64,000 nt of DNA from Minisyncoccota bacterium (GTDB lineage: Bacteria > Patescibacteriota > Minisyncoccia > Phycocordibacterales > UBA9973), in assembly GCA_041674285.1 (NCBI GenBank), contig JBAYVZ010000001.1:165129-229128 (forward strand), read 5' to 3'. The notes beneath the pieces were generated by a model. That model saw only the letters and a list, made by a program, of their open reading frames with translations. It did not search any database and was not told the origin of the DNA. The position numbers were made by a program, and so were the translations under genes. Of this stretch, positions 10,676 through 20,628 are shown in pieces (positions within the stretch are counted from its first letter, which is position 1; each line of letters starts with the position of its first letter).

Positions 10676-11119
10676 CTATTTGTTTATTATTTGAATTTTG
10701 CACTCCCCTATTTCGTCACCTTTTTTAATCTTGAAAGAATGACTTCCCAATTCTTTTATTGGATTCGGTATGACTATAGAATGATCGTCTACAATATTCC
10801 CAGTTTTTTCTTTGATTAATTTTACAATATCTTTTGGAGATACAGCAGAGAAAAGATGCCCTTTTTCATTTGCTTTTATAGTCAGTGATAGTGATTCATT
10901 ATTTATCCTGTCTACCATACTATAAAATATAGCTACTTCTTCATCGTGCTTTTTTTGCATGGACTTTTTCTTGCTCTCTACTACTGCTATTGCATTGGGA
11001 GTAGCCAGTTCAGCTAATCCTTTTGCTATTAGAACATTGCGAGCATATCCATCTGCAAATTCTTTAATGTCGTATTTTTTACCAATCTTTTGTATGTCTG
11101 CCAATAATATAACTTTCAT
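10676..11119 (-). CDS. rplI: 50S ribosomal protein L9
   Basis: MKVILLADI...G...DGYARN...GHLFSAV...PIKELG. Confidence 0.95.
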   Translation of the reverse strand: MKVILLADIQKIGKKYDIKEFADGYARNVLIAKGLAELATPNAIAVVESKKKSMQKKHDEEVAIFYSMVDRINNESLSLTIKANEKGHLFSAVSPKDIVKLIKEKTGNIVDDHSIVIPNPIKELGSHSFKIKKGDEIGECKIQIINK

Positions 11120-11237
11120 CCCATTAGAAGTAGATAATCTTTAGATTATCGTACATTATTTAACTAATAATATCGAATATAAATAATTTTTTTAAATAGA
11201 CCCCGTGTTAAAACAACATATATGACTTCTAACGGGA
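11119..11237 (-). repeat. start-codon element copy 1, subfamily A (rplI)
   Basis: minus strand ATGAA[TCCCGTTAGAAGT...GATAATCTAAAGATTATC-T-ACTTCTAATGGGA]TGAAA; 119 bp. Confidence 0.93.
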
Positions 11238-11283
11238 TTCATATATAGAATATAACACTATAAAATACCTCATGCAAATACCA

Positions 11284-11314
11284 ATACAAAAGGCCCCCAA
11301 GGGGCCTTTTGTAT
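11284..11314. terminator. intrinsic terminator hairpin
   Basis: ATACAAAAGGCCCC/GGGGCCTTTTGTAT after the S41 protease. Confidence 0.7.
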
Positions 11315-11315
11315 A

Positions 11316-12542
11316 TTAATTACCTTTTAATATCTCTACTGCTTTATCTAGCTGGGGATCTTTTTTTTCTAGAATATCTTTAGCTGTGATAGGAACCACA
11401 TGATCAGGAGTAAGACCCTTCTCAGATATAGAGTCACCATTAGGGGTGAGCCATCGAGCTATTGTGACTTTTAATGATGTATCTTTTGTTATCTCGACGA
11501 CCTCCTGCACAGAGCCTTTTCCGAAAGTTTTTTCTCCTACGATAACAGCCACACCATTTTGCTGCAAAGCCCCAGCGAGTATCTCAGACGCAGAAGCGGA
11601 GCCTCCATCTACAATAATAGCCAATTTTAATTCATCAGTAAAAACTTTTGGTCCACGACTTTTTATTACATCAGGCTTTCTCTTTTCTCCATAATCCTCC
11701 GTAACAATAACCTTACCAGCATCTAAAAACCAATTAGAGATATTTACAGCAGAATCTAGATATCCACCAGGGTTACCTCGCAAGTCTACAACTAGCTTGT
11801 CGTATTTAGTCTTGCTAAATTCTAGTAATGCTTGACGGAATAATTCTGCAGAATTTTCAGAGAAACTATATAGACTTATAATGAACACTCCATCTTCGCG
11901 AGCTTCTGTATCTATCGTAGGTATCTCTATCGTGTCACGAGTGATAGACACATCCCTAGGAGACTTCTCACCCTTGCGATAAATGTTTAAGACAACATCA
12001 GTACCCTTTTCCCCTCGTATCAAACTTATAGCCTTGTCTACTGTCATATCGGTTGTATCAACTTTATCTATTTTAAGTATTTTATCTCCAGATTTCAATC
12101 CTACCTTAAAAGCAGGAGTATCCCTCAGCGGTGCTACTATTGTCAGAATTTTGTCTTTTATACCAATCTCTGCTCCGATACCACCAAATGATCCATGTAT
12201 GCTATCACTAAATAGCTTGCTCTCTTCTGGTGGAAAGAAAACAGTATAGGGGTCGCCTAGTGACGAGGCTAAGCCTTGCACTGCACCCCATACTTTTTCT
12301 TGGTCTGTCTTCTTGTTTGCATATATAGATTTTTCATTTATCTTTTGCCATACTTTCCAAAAAGGCGCAAAATCTGCATTTGTAGACACAGTGGAATCTG
12401 TAGTATTAGAAATATTTATTACTGGTAAAATTTCTGGCTGTTGTTTTTTACCAAAGAAATATCCTCCCCAGAATACACCGACTACTAACACGAAAGAAGC
12501 TATTGTGAAAAAATATTTCGAATTTAATTTTATTTGTTTCAT
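11316..12542 (-). CDS. S41 family carboxyl-terminal processing protease (CtpA-like)
   Basis: PDZ GIG motif, DLRGNPGG, SASASE, TFGKG. Confidence 0.95.
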   Translation of the reverse strand: MKQIKLNSKYFFTIASFVLVVGVFWGGYFFGKKQQPEILPVINISNTTDSTVSTNADFAPFWKVWQKINEKSIYANKKTDQEKVWGAVQGLASSLGDPYTVFFPPEESKLFSDSIHGSFGGIGAEIGIKDKILTIVAPLRDTPAFKVGLKSGDKILKIDKVDTTDMTVDKAISLIRGEKGTDVVLNIYRKGEKSPRDVSITRDTIEIPTIDTEAREDGVFIISLYSFSENSAELFRQALLEFSKTKYDKLVVDLRGNPGGYLDSAVNISNWFLDAGKVIVTEDYGEKRKPDVIKSRGPKVFTDELKLAIIVDGGSASASEILAGALQQNGVAVIVGEKTFGKGSVQEVVEITKDTSLKVTIARWLTPNGDSISEKGLTPDHVVPITAKDILEKKDPQLDKAVEILKGN

Positions 12543-12551
12543 TGAATTTTA

Positions 12552-13760
12552 TTAATTTTGTAGCTTGAGAGCTTTTGGTGTATAGACATTCTTGGGATCC
12601 CATAACATCCAAGAAGTGACCCCTATCTTTTCTGAACTATCTATTTGAGCTCGAACTAGACTCTCTGTATATGTAGCACCCATATCAAAGTCTTGTAACC
12701 AAGGACGAATTTTTGATTTTGGTAGGCCCATAGCTTCTGTTTTCTTTATGGCACCTAGTATTGAATTGTTTATTACAGTACCAGGATTGGCTGCAGGATT
12801 TTTCAATCCATATTGACCTGCTGGATAATGAGATGGGTACACCATAGGGGCTATGTAGTCGAAGTGTGGTATTATCTTTTCCCATATCTGACCTATGCCC
12901 ATATCATCTTTTGCCTCAGTAGTCAGACCAAATACATCAGCGGAGGTGATTATATTATTTTCTTTTTTGACTTCAGAATTTAGGCTGGAGAAAAATTTCT
13001 CTAGGTTGTCAGAGCGAGTAGTACCTTCTTTTAATTTATAATTTATATCTTTCATATTTCCATCAGAAGGATATCTAATATAATCAAAATTTATCTCATC
13101 AAATCCTATAGCATACGAAGCCTTTGCTATTGCTACTGTATAATGCAGTACTTCTTCTTGGGCAGGATCTAGAAACGATAAACCCTTTCTATCTTTCCAC
13201 ACTTTACCATCACTCTTGCGAGTTATAGCCCACTCTGGTTTTTTGGAAGTTAAGTATGAATCTTGAAATACAGATACACGACCAATTACGTATATATTTT
13301 TCTTATGCAAATCTTCTATAAATGTATCCATATCTCGCACACGATTCTCCACGGAGCCTAATTCCGTAATAAATGGGTCAGCTGTTTTAAAAGACACACG
13401 ACCAGTAGCATCTTTTATATCTATAACTACAGCATTCAGTTCTGTTGTGTCTATTATGTCGACGAGCTTTGACCTACGACTAGGAACTCCAGCTATCCAA
13501 CTGGACATATAAAGAGCTTTTACTTGATCTGGGGTAGAGATATGAGTAGCGATCCTAGGCACTACCTCATCAGACAATACAGATACAGGATCTAAGCCTG
13601 GAGCGGACTCTGAATTCGAGGCAATATTTAGGTTATCATTGAGATTACTAGGTGAATCTTTCTTACTAAAAACAAAAAGATACAAGAAAAAACAAACCAG
13701 CACAAAAACAAACATCATGATGAAATTTCTAAAATGTTTTTTCTTGATTATTATTGTCAT
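12552..13760 (-). CDS. putative glycoside hydrolase (DUF4015-like)
   Basis: NAVVIDIKD, GFDEINFDYIRYP, PMVYPSHY, RPWLQDF. Confidence 0.85.
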   Translation of the reverse strand: MTIIIKKKHFRNFIMMFVFVLVCFFLYLFVFSKKDSPSNLNDNLNIASNSESAPGLDPVSVLSDEVVPRIATHISTPDQVKALYMSSWIAGVPSRRSKLVDIIDTTELNAVVIDIKDATGRVSFKTADPFITELGSVENRVRDMDTFIEDLHKKNIYVIGRVSVFQDSYLTSKKPEWAITRKSDGKVWKDRKGLSFLDPAQEEVLHYTVAIAKASYAIGFDEINFDYIRYPSDGNMKDINYKLKEGTTRSDNLEKFFSSLNSEVKKENNIITSADVFGLTTEAKDDMGIGQIWEKIIPHFDYIAPMVYPSHYPAGQYGLKNPAANPGTVINNSILGAIKKTEAMGLPKSKIRPWLQDFDMGATYTESLVRAQIDSSEKIGVTSWMLWDPKNVYTPKALKLQN

Positions 13761-13763
13761 ATT

Positions 13764-13979
13764 TTATTGATTAGGATTGTTGCTATCTACAAATGGCTGC
13801 ATGTTGTTTTCTTCTGAATATATTCTCCTTTTTGCATTTCGGTAAAAATGGTAACCAACAAAAGAAACAAGTAAACCCAAAATGCTTATTAATAGTGACC
13901 TAAAAAAACTAGGGATTCCCATGTAAGGCAAAATAGCGATTAATATTCCTACGATTAAAAGTATGCGTTCTTTTCTCAT
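13764..13979 (-). CDS. small two-TM membrane protein
   Basis: two hydrophobic helices around LPYMGIP. Confidence 0.7.
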   Translation of the reverse strand: MRKERILLIVGILIAILPYMGIPSFFRSLLISILGLLVSFVGYHFYRNAKRRIYSEENNMQPFVDSNNPNQ

Positions 13980-14098
13980 CCCGTTAGAAGTAGATAATCT
14001 TTAGATTATCGTACATAAATTAAATAATAATATCGAATATAAATATTTTCTTAAAACAAAATCCGTAGCTTGAATGACATATATGACTTCGCACGGGA
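13979..14098 (-). repeat. start-codon element copy 2, subfamily A
   Basis: minus strand ATGAG[TCCCGTGCGAAGT...ACTTCTAACGGGA]TGAGA; 120 bp. Confidence 0.93.
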
Positions 14099-14121
14099 CT
14101 CATTATTTGATTATAAACTAT

Positions 14122-14811
14122 TTAAGAACGAGCTACAATGACAACAAATTCTCCACGGACTTTATCTGTATTTTTTGTAAAGTAGTCAAGGGTATAAGAG
14201 GCGTCACCTTTGACAAATTGCTCGAAAGTCTTGGTCAATTCACGGCAAACAACAACTGTACGCTTTTCATCGAGCACACTCGATAGTGATTCCAGAGTCT
14301 TCATTATTCTATGACTTGATTCATAGAATACATAAGTACGATCATTCCCCGCGATTTCCTTGAATAGAGTCTCTCTCCCCTTTTTATGAGGCAAAAATCC
14401 GAGAAAGATAAAATCGGCAGCAGATACACCAGAAGCTGATATGGCAGATACGAGAGCACTAGCACCTGGTATAGGTACCACGCGAGCTTCGGAGCCAAAT
14501 GATTCATATACTTGGGCGACTAGCATGACACCTGGGTCTGAGATACATGGAGTACCCGCATCGGATACTAGTGCGAGATTTTTACCCTCTTCGAGCATTT
14601 GAATAATTACATTTTCTTTATTCTTTGTACTGTGGGCGTGGTAACTCACACATTTTGTATGTATATCGTATTTATTGAGGAGTACGCGTGTAGTGCGAGT
14701 ATCCTCGCAGAGTATCGTATCTACCTCTCCTAGTATGCGAATAGCCCGGAGAGTCATATCCTCGAGGTTGCCGATCGGTGTCGCTACTATGTATAGTGTG
14801 CCTTTTTCCAT
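14122..14811 (-). CDS. rsmI: 16S rRNA (C1402) 2'-O-methyltransferase
   Basis: ATPIGNLEDMTLRA, CEDTR, VSDAGTPCISDPG, RELTK; start MEKGT at 14811. Confidence 0.96.
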   Translation of the reverse strand: MEKGTLYIVATPIGNLEDMTLRAIRILGEVDTILCEDTRTTRVLLNKYDIHTKCVSYHAHSTKNKENVIIQMLEEGKNLALVSDAGTPCISDPGVMLVAQVYESFGSEARVVPIPGASALVSAISASGVSAADFIFLGFLPHKKGRETLFKEIAGNDRTYVFYESSHRIMKTLESLSSVLDEKRTVVVCRELTKTFEQFVKGDASYTLDYFTKNTDKVRGEFVVIVARS

Positions 14812-14861
14812 ATGTGGATTATATAGCAAAAAGGCATAAAAACCAATCGTAAGCATAAATA

Positions 14862-14896
14862 AAAACCAGTCCCAAGCACGACTTAGGACTGGTTTT
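14862..14896. terminator. intrinsic terminator hairpin
   Basis: AAAACCAGTCC/GGACTGGTTTT. Confidence 0.65.
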
Positions 14897-14913
14897 AAAT
14901 TGAGAAACTTAAA

Positions 14914-15276
14914 TTACAGGAACATAAGAAGTGCACCAATGAGGGCAACGTTCTTCATAAATGCGATTTGATCATTCATCTTCGCTTGAGCATCTTTTTC
15001 TTCCCAGAAATTGTGCATCATGAATGTAGTAGGCACCATGAACAATGTCAAAATCAATGCTGAAGCATTAGTATAAGCAGGACTTATAGCGAGCAAAATA
15101 CCTGCACCTCCGACTACTAGCATCACACCAGTGATGAGAACTGCCAATTCTGGCATAGGCACCTTCTTGAATTTTGCATAACCAGCAAGACTCTTTTGAT
15201 TTCTAAAATGATTAATACCTGAATAAAGAAAATACGCCCCAAACAAAACACGCCCTAATATTGCTAATGCCATCAT
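14914..15276 (-). CDS. DoxX family membrane protein
   Basis: GRVLFG...SG..HF, HNFW, FMKNVALIG. Confidence 0.9.
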   Translation of the reverse strand: MMALAILGRVLFGAYFLYSGINHFRNQKSLAGYAKFKKVPMPELAVLITGVMLVVGGAGILLAISPAYTNASALILTLFMVPTTFMMHNFWEEKDAQAKMNDQIAFMKNVALIGALLMFL

Positions 15277-15425
15277 AATGATTTTGATTCTGCGGAATCA
15301 CTTCGCACACGCGATGCTATCCGATTAACTGTTAATATGCACATAGTATACCATACACATACTTGCATTCAACAAACATAAAAACCTCAGTAATTCTGAG
15401 GTTTTTATTGTAAAACTATTTAGAT

Positions 15426-16838
15426 TTAAGCGAGGAGTTCCTTTAGAATCTTTTGGACTAGAGCTGGGTTAGCTGATCCTTTAGTTTCTTTCATAATCTG
15501 TCCTACTAGTGACATCAGTGCATTCTCCTTGCCACCTTTGTACGTAGCGACGACTTGAGGATTCGCATCGATGATCTTTTGTGCGATTTCCTTTAATGCA
15601 CCTTCATCATTCTTCTGTATCAAATCTTTTTCTGTAGCAATCTTCATCGGTGATTCATCTGCGATTACAATCATAGCTAGGATATCCTTTGCTGCGCGAG
15701 ATGAGATAAGACCATCTGTAGTCATACGAATCAATTCTGCAAAGTGCTCGTTGTTCGGTAGATTTATCTCTGGATTGGATTTCTTCAGTCCTAGGTAGTC
15801 TGAGGTGATATAGTTTGAAGCAGTCTTGATCTGCTCAGGGCCATTTAGTTTTGCCGCCACTCCTTCGAACCATTCAGCCAATTTCATATCTCCTACATAA
15901 CTCTCAATATCTTCATCTTTGATGCCATAGTCCTTTTGATATCGAGCACGCTTTGCACTCGGTAGCTCTGGTAGATCATCGCGTAGTTCTTGCATATTGA
16001 ACATCTTGCTCAGATAGAATTTTGGGATATCTGGATCTGGGAAATATCTGTAGTCATCGGCAGTCTCCTTTCTACGCTGAGAGAAAGTCTTTTGCTTTGC
16101 ATCATCCCATCCACGAGTCTCTTTTACTATCTCTTCAATCTTGCCTGCTTCTATTAGGTCTATCATGCGCTTTTGTTCGTAGATAGCAGCACGTTCAGCT
16201 GATTTGAATGAAGCAATATTTTTCACTTCTACTGGTATACCGAATAAATCCTTCTCAGTAGATACAGAGATATTCACCTCGACACGCATCTGACCTTTTT
16301 CCATATTTGCATCTGACACACCGAGATATCGTAGTAGCATCTGTAGCTCTTTTGCAAAATTTCCGATCTGCTCAATGTCATGTATCACAGGCTCGGTCAC
16401 TAGCTCCATGAGCGGCACTCCAGCACGATTGAAATCTACCAGAGATCCATCTGCACTGTGGGATGATGTCGCTGTATCCTCCTCGAGGTGTACACGAGTG
16501 ATATCCACCCCTGCCAATTTACCACCTTTGACTATTGGGTATTTATATTGTGAAATCTGATATGCTTTTGGAATATCTGGATAAAAGTAGTTTTTACGGT
16601 CAAATTCAGTGAAATCGGAAACTTCCCCATCTATAGCCATTCCTACGCGTACGACGCTCTCTATGGCCTTTTTATTACATACTGGGAGGGTTCCTGGGTG
16701 GGCCATACATACTGGGCATACGTTGTAATTTGGGTGATTTTCCTCGGGATCGTTCTTGCACCCGCAAAACATCTTGGAGACTGTATTCAGCTCCGCATGA
16801 ATTTCAAGACCTATTGTTGTGTAGTATTTCTGTGACAT
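15426..16838 (-). CDS. gatB: Asp/Glu-tRNA amidotransferase subunit B
   Basis: IGLEIH, FDRKNYFYPD, DFNRAGVPLMELVTEP, DYRYFPDPD. Confidence 0.98.
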   Translation of the reverse strand: MSQKYYTTIGLEIHAELNTVSKMFCGCKNDPEENHPNYNVCPVCMAHPGTLPVCNKKAIESVVRVGMAIDGEVSDFTEFDRKNYFYPDIPKAYQISQYKYPIVKGGKLAGVDITRVHLEEDTATSSHSADGSLVDFNRAGVPLMELVTEPVIHDIEQIGNFAKELQMLLRYLGVSDANMEKGQMRVEVNISVSTEKDLFGIPVEVKNIASFKSAERAAIYEQKRMIDLIEAGKIEEIVKETRGWDDAKQKTFSQRRKETADDYRYFPDPDIPKFYLSKMFNMQELRDDLPELPSAKRARYQKDYGIKDEDIESYVGDMKLAEWFEGVAAKLNGPEQIKTASNYITSDYLGLKKSNPEINLPNNEHFAELIRMTTDGLISSRAAKDILAMIVIADESPMKIATEKDLIQKNDEGALKEIAQKIIDANPQVVATYKGGKENALMSLVGQIMKETKGSANPALVQKILKELLA

Positions 16839-16892
16839 AAAGAGATTATAGCAAAAAAAACACCCATACTCTAGTGTGGGTGTTTTTAAAAC

Positions 16893-17510
16893 TTACAGGA
16901 TGTCTCTTAGTGAAGAATCTACATTTTGATTTTGATTCATCATTTTGATGTTAGCTTTTTCTCTAGCTTTCACCAATGACTGCAAAGCGATTGAAGCCAT
17001 TATCCCTATGATAGCTATAATAATGAGAGTGATAATGATAGTAGCTATGACGCTTCTCTTGTTTGATTTTTTTAATTCAACCCAATCAATTGATTTTACA
17101 TTTTCAGCAGTATATTCATCGGGAACTACAGTTGTTTTTGCCCATTTATCATGCCAACCAAAAGGATTCTTGTTATTCAGAAAACTAAGAACTTCAAAAG
17201 GAACAAATCGACTCAGAGATCTAATTAAAATTTGCTTTTGAGTCGGTGTACTACCATCTAGACTTACAACCTTTGTTTTTGTAATCCATTTACCTGGTGT
17301 TTTCTGCCAAAGACTTTCAAATATAAAATAAAAAACTATTGTAGAGAATATAACCAAAAGATTTGATACCAAACCATATGTCGTAATAAATATACTCATT
17401 ATTATGATTAATACATAAGTACAAACATAATCAACAACATGATTGATTAGTCGCTTCTTAAAGTGCACAGGCTTATAACCCACTACTACACTGTCTTTGC
17501 TTTCTGTCAT
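16893..17510 (-). CDS. RDD family membrane protein with C-terminal pilin-like helix
   Basis: R..D, QKTPGK, RSLSR, WHDKWAKT; tail IIGIMASIALQSLVKAREKA. Confidence 0.85.
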   Translation of the reverse strand: MTESKDSVVVGYKPVHFKKRLINHVVDYVCTYVLIIIMSIFITTYGLVSNLLVIFSTIVFYFIFESLWQKTPGKWITKTKVVSLDGSTPTQKQILIRSLSRFVPFEVLSFLNNKNPFGWHDKWAKTTVVPDEYTAENVKSIDWVELKKSNKRSVIATIIITLIIIAIIGIMASIALQSLVKAREKANIKMMNQNQNVDSSLRDIL

Positions 17511-17677
17511 GAAATTTAAAATAAATATGTACAAATTTTGACTAAAAATTCTCTATATACATAATGAATATTATAAACATATTATACAACATAATGCTCA
17601 AAATATATAAAATTACATTTAACATATCAAACAAAATGTGATAATATCTATCCATTGCCCAAGTGGGTAATATGTAA

Positions 17678-17759
17678 GCCCGAGTGGCGGAATTGGTATA
17701 CGCGCACGACTTAAAATCGTGTCTCGCAAGGGATGCGGGTTCGACCCCCGCCTCGGGCA
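17678..17759 (+). tRNA. tRNA-Leu(TAA)
   Basis: acceptor GCCCGAG/CTCGGGC, anticodon arm CACGA-CTTAAAA-TCGTG, long variable arm, GGTTCGAC; CCA not encoded. Confidence 0.96.
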
Positions 17760-17764
17760 CAAGT

Positions 17765-17793
17765 AAAAAAGACCTCGCAAGAGGTTCTTTTTT
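17765..17793 (+). terminator. terminator after tRNA
   Basis: AAAAAAGACCTC-GCAA-GAGGTTCTTTTTT. Confidence 0.7.
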
Positions 17794-17988
17794 ATTTGTG
17801 CCCGAGAGAAAATGAACTGCTTCATTTTCATGCGGGGCGTCGAAAAGCTTTTCCTTGTGAACGAAGTTCAAGGAAAAGGTATACTGCCCCTGTAAGGGGA
17901 GACCACCCCGCCTCATACTTGTGACCAGTACCCAACTTTGCAAATCTAAAAGTACCCACCCCATAGGACGAGACCGCCCCGCCTCATA

Positions 17989-18912
17989 TTATAGATTTTC
18001 TCTCATCCTGTTAACTAGCTGTAAGAGTATTTGAGATCTCTCAGCCAATGAATTCATCGCGTATCTTAATTCTTTAATCTTATCCTCCATTTCCGGGTCT
18101 TCGATTTCTATTGATAATTTACTTGCATCCTCTTGTAGTGAGTTTGAAAAACGTCTAACTCCATAAGCAAGTTTTTCTAAATTTTCACTGCTTTCTTTAA
18201 ATGAAGATCCTCTTAATATCTGAATTTCCTCAAACATAACAGCCAATCTATTGATCTGATTTGTAAGACTAGATACGGATTCTGGACCAAAAGCTGAATC
18301 AAAATTTTGCAATTTTTTAATACCAGAGACCATCATATGAAATCTGTCGCTATCCTGTATTTGAGTTAGACCTTGTTGTTGTCTTTCGTAGAGAGCATCC
18401 AGCATTGTCTTAGAATTTAGAGATATATCTTCTGTGGCGTCTTTTAATTTATTTTCAATAATTTTATTTTCTTCATTCTTTCTAGATTCTTTAAATTCTA
18501 AGACCTTTGCATCCAAGCTTTCTTTTACTTGTTTCAATTTTTCAATGGAGTCCATTTCCGTCTTGACTGATGGAGGTAATTCATCAGAAACAGGCAATCC
18601 CAATTCAATTCGAACTTGATTTAATTTATCCTGAGTATCTTTAACTACTTCACTTTTTCTTTCAATCCCCTGATCTGTCTTTTCTGTCTTTGTCGCAAGA
18701 TAAGCCAAAAAACTAGCTCTATCTTCATCTTCGTTTTTTATTTCTTGCTTTTCAGGACTTACATTTTCAACTTCAACTTTTTTGCTAGAAAAAGTATCAT
18801 CAAAACCACCATCTTTTTCAAAAGTTTTTTCATCGTTTGATTTTTCAGATTGATCAGCTACTCTCTCTGCTCCACCAGAAGGTCTCCCCCGAAACATTTC
18901 ATTATTTGCCAT
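17989..18912 (-). CDS. hypothetical coiled-coil protein
   Basis: 307-aa E/K-rich helical ORF. Confidence 0.65.
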   Translation of the reverse strand: MANNEMFRGRPSGGAERVADQSEKSNDEKTFEKDGGFDDTFSSKKVEVENVSPEKQEIKNEDEDRASFLAYLATKTEKTDQGIERKSEVVKDTQDKLNQVRIELGLPVSDELPPSVKTEMDSIEKLKQVKESLDAKVLEFKESRKNEENKIIENKLKDATEDISLNSKTMLDALYERQQQGLTQIQDSDRFHMMVSGIKKLQNFDSAFGPESVSSLTNQINRLAVMFEEIQILRGSSFKESSENLEKLAYGVRRFSNSLQEDASKLSIEIEDPEMEDKIKELRYAMNSLAERSQILLQLVNRMRENL

Positions 18913-18944
18913 ATTTACATTTTAACACATAAACATTGTACAAA

Positions 18945-18975
18945 AAAACCGACCAGGCAGGACCTGGTCGGTTTT
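18945..18975. terminator. GC-rich hairpin/terminator
   Basis: AAAACCGACCAGG/CCTGGTCGGTTTT. Confidence 0.65.
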
Positions 18976-18981
18976 ACGCTC

Positions 18982-19287
18982 TTAATTTGAAGTTTTACTT
19001 AAATTAAAATTACTCTTTAGTTCTTCAGGTATTTCACCTTTATTCAGTTTATCTATTGTATTTTGATTTACACCTAGACTGTCTACTTGAGTCTTTAGGC
19101 TGTTCACAGTAGGGTCGACGACAAGGGTTTTAAAAACCATAGTGGGGATAGAACGGAGGTATGCCATATTTTCTTTAAACTGAGGAGATTCGAAAATACT
19201 TTTTAGATTATACTGAGTGACCAAAATCAGACCGATTATGACTATAAATAGAAACAGTACACTTCCCTTTTGTTTATTCTGTTGCAT
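18982..19287 (-). CDS. small membrane protein
   Basis: QKG followed by a hydrophobic helix (prepilin-like N-terminus). Confidence 0.6.
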   Translation of the reverse strand: MQQNKQKGSVLFLFIVIIGLILVTQYNLKSIFESPQFKENMAYLRSIPTMVFKTLVVDPTVNSLKTQVDSLGVNQNTIDKLNKGEIPEELKSNFNLSKTSN

Positions 19288-19308
19288 ATATAGATAATAC
19301 CATTATGA

Positions 19309-20613
19309 TTATTTTTTGACCATTGCAGAAGTAATTTTTGGTAGGTACAACATCGGATCCAGGTATGCACTAGTAGGAGCGATAGGCATTATAAATGTCT
19401 TGCCGGCACAAGATATACTAGGCACAGTATCGACTCGCGCACCCTGAGATGCGTATACAGTCACATGCAAATGTGGACCCGTAGAGTGACCGGTATTCCC
19501 ACTATACCCTACGATGTCACCTGTACTCACCTCATCTCCAGCTTTTGCGGTATAAGACGAAAGGTGTCCGTATGTAGTAGATAGACCATTGTCATACTTT
19601 ATAAATACCCACTTTCCAAAAGATGCTTTCTTGCAATATAGATCTGTGTCTCCTACACCCATCACAACACCATTGGCCATAGATTTCACGGGTGTACCGA
19701 TCGGGGCACGAAAATCCACGCCAGAGTGAGATCCAGATGCATATAGACGCCCAGAAGCAGAAGTCTTGCCGAATAATTGAGTGATGAATACCTTATCCAA
19801 TGGCCAAGAAAATACCTCGGAACCAGCAGATGGTATCAGCTTTGGGTTCAACAAGAACTTTAATTTTGATTCATAATCTCTGATATCTTTTTCAAATTGA
19901 TCACGAATCTTGATCTGCTCGGCTAATATCTTTTTGTATTCAGCTTCTTTATTCTTAGTCTCCTGCAAAAGATTGTCTTTTTCTGATTTTGTAATCTCGA
20001 TTGTTTTCTGTTTTTGGACTAGGGTATTCTTGAGAGTTTTCAAATTTTTCTCCTCTATTTCTTTTTTGGTTTTAGATACGAGAAGTTGATCTTTGTCATC
20101 TGATAATTCTTCGATGGATTTATCGAGCTTTGTACTCACAGACATCACAGAATTGTAATTAAAAGAAGCATCACTAAGATCCTCGGATGATAGTATCCTC
20201 TCTAACTGTGTGATACTTTCATTTTGATATTGTTCGTATAGTAATTTTGCTATAACCCTACGACTGACATCTATATCACTCTGCGTCTCTTTTATGTCAC
20301 TATTCAATGTACCGATTACGAGACCTGTCTTTTTGATTTGTTTTTCAATTTTTTGTTTTTCTGCGAGCAGTTTAGATCTAGTCAAAGTCAGCTCTTTTAT
20401 GATACTCGCTAGAGTTGTTTTCTCTGAAGAAGTCACATCTATCATACCCTGATATCTAGCTATCTCGCGGTCAATCTTGGCTATCTCAGCACTAGCACTA
20501 TCTATGCGCTCCCTCATCTGCTCTGCAGTCTCGGCATTCACGTCAAAAGAAAAGAAGGACATATAAATGCCTATGGTTAAAAAAACAAATAGAGGTAAAA
20601 ATTTTATTTTCAC
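19309..20613 (-). CDS. M23 metallopeptidase with N-terminal coiled coil (EnvC/murein hydrolase-like)
   Basis: HSGVD, YGHLS, GNTGHSTGPHLH. Confidence 0.93.
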   Translation of the reverse strand: MKIKFLPLFVFLTIGIYMSFFSFDVNAETAEQMRERIDSASAEIAKIDREIARYQGMIDVTSSEKTTLASIIKELTLTRSKLLAEKQKIEKQIKKTGLVIGTLNSDIKETQSDIDVSRRVIAKLLYEQYQNESITQLERILSSEDLSDASFNYNSVMSVSTKLDKSIEELSDDKDQLLVSKTKKEIEEKNLKTLKNTLVQKQKTIEITKSEKDNLLQETKNKEAEYKKILAEQIKIRDQFEKDIRDYESKLKFLLNPKLIPSAGSEVFSWPLDKVFITQLFGKTSASGRLYASGSHSGVDFRAPIGTPVKSMANGVVMGVGDTDLYCKKASFGKWVFIKYDNGLSTTYGHLSSYTAKAGDEVSTGDIVGYSGNTGHSTGPHLHVTVYASQGARVDTVPSISCAGKTFIMPIAPTSAYLDPMLYLPKITSAMVKK

Positions 20614-20628
20614 CTCTACAGTATACTA

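Noticed and set aside
17542-17964. ORFs 17542-17964, 17619-17831 and 17733-17924
   Set aside because: Shadow ORFs over tRNA-Leu and its flanking hairpins.
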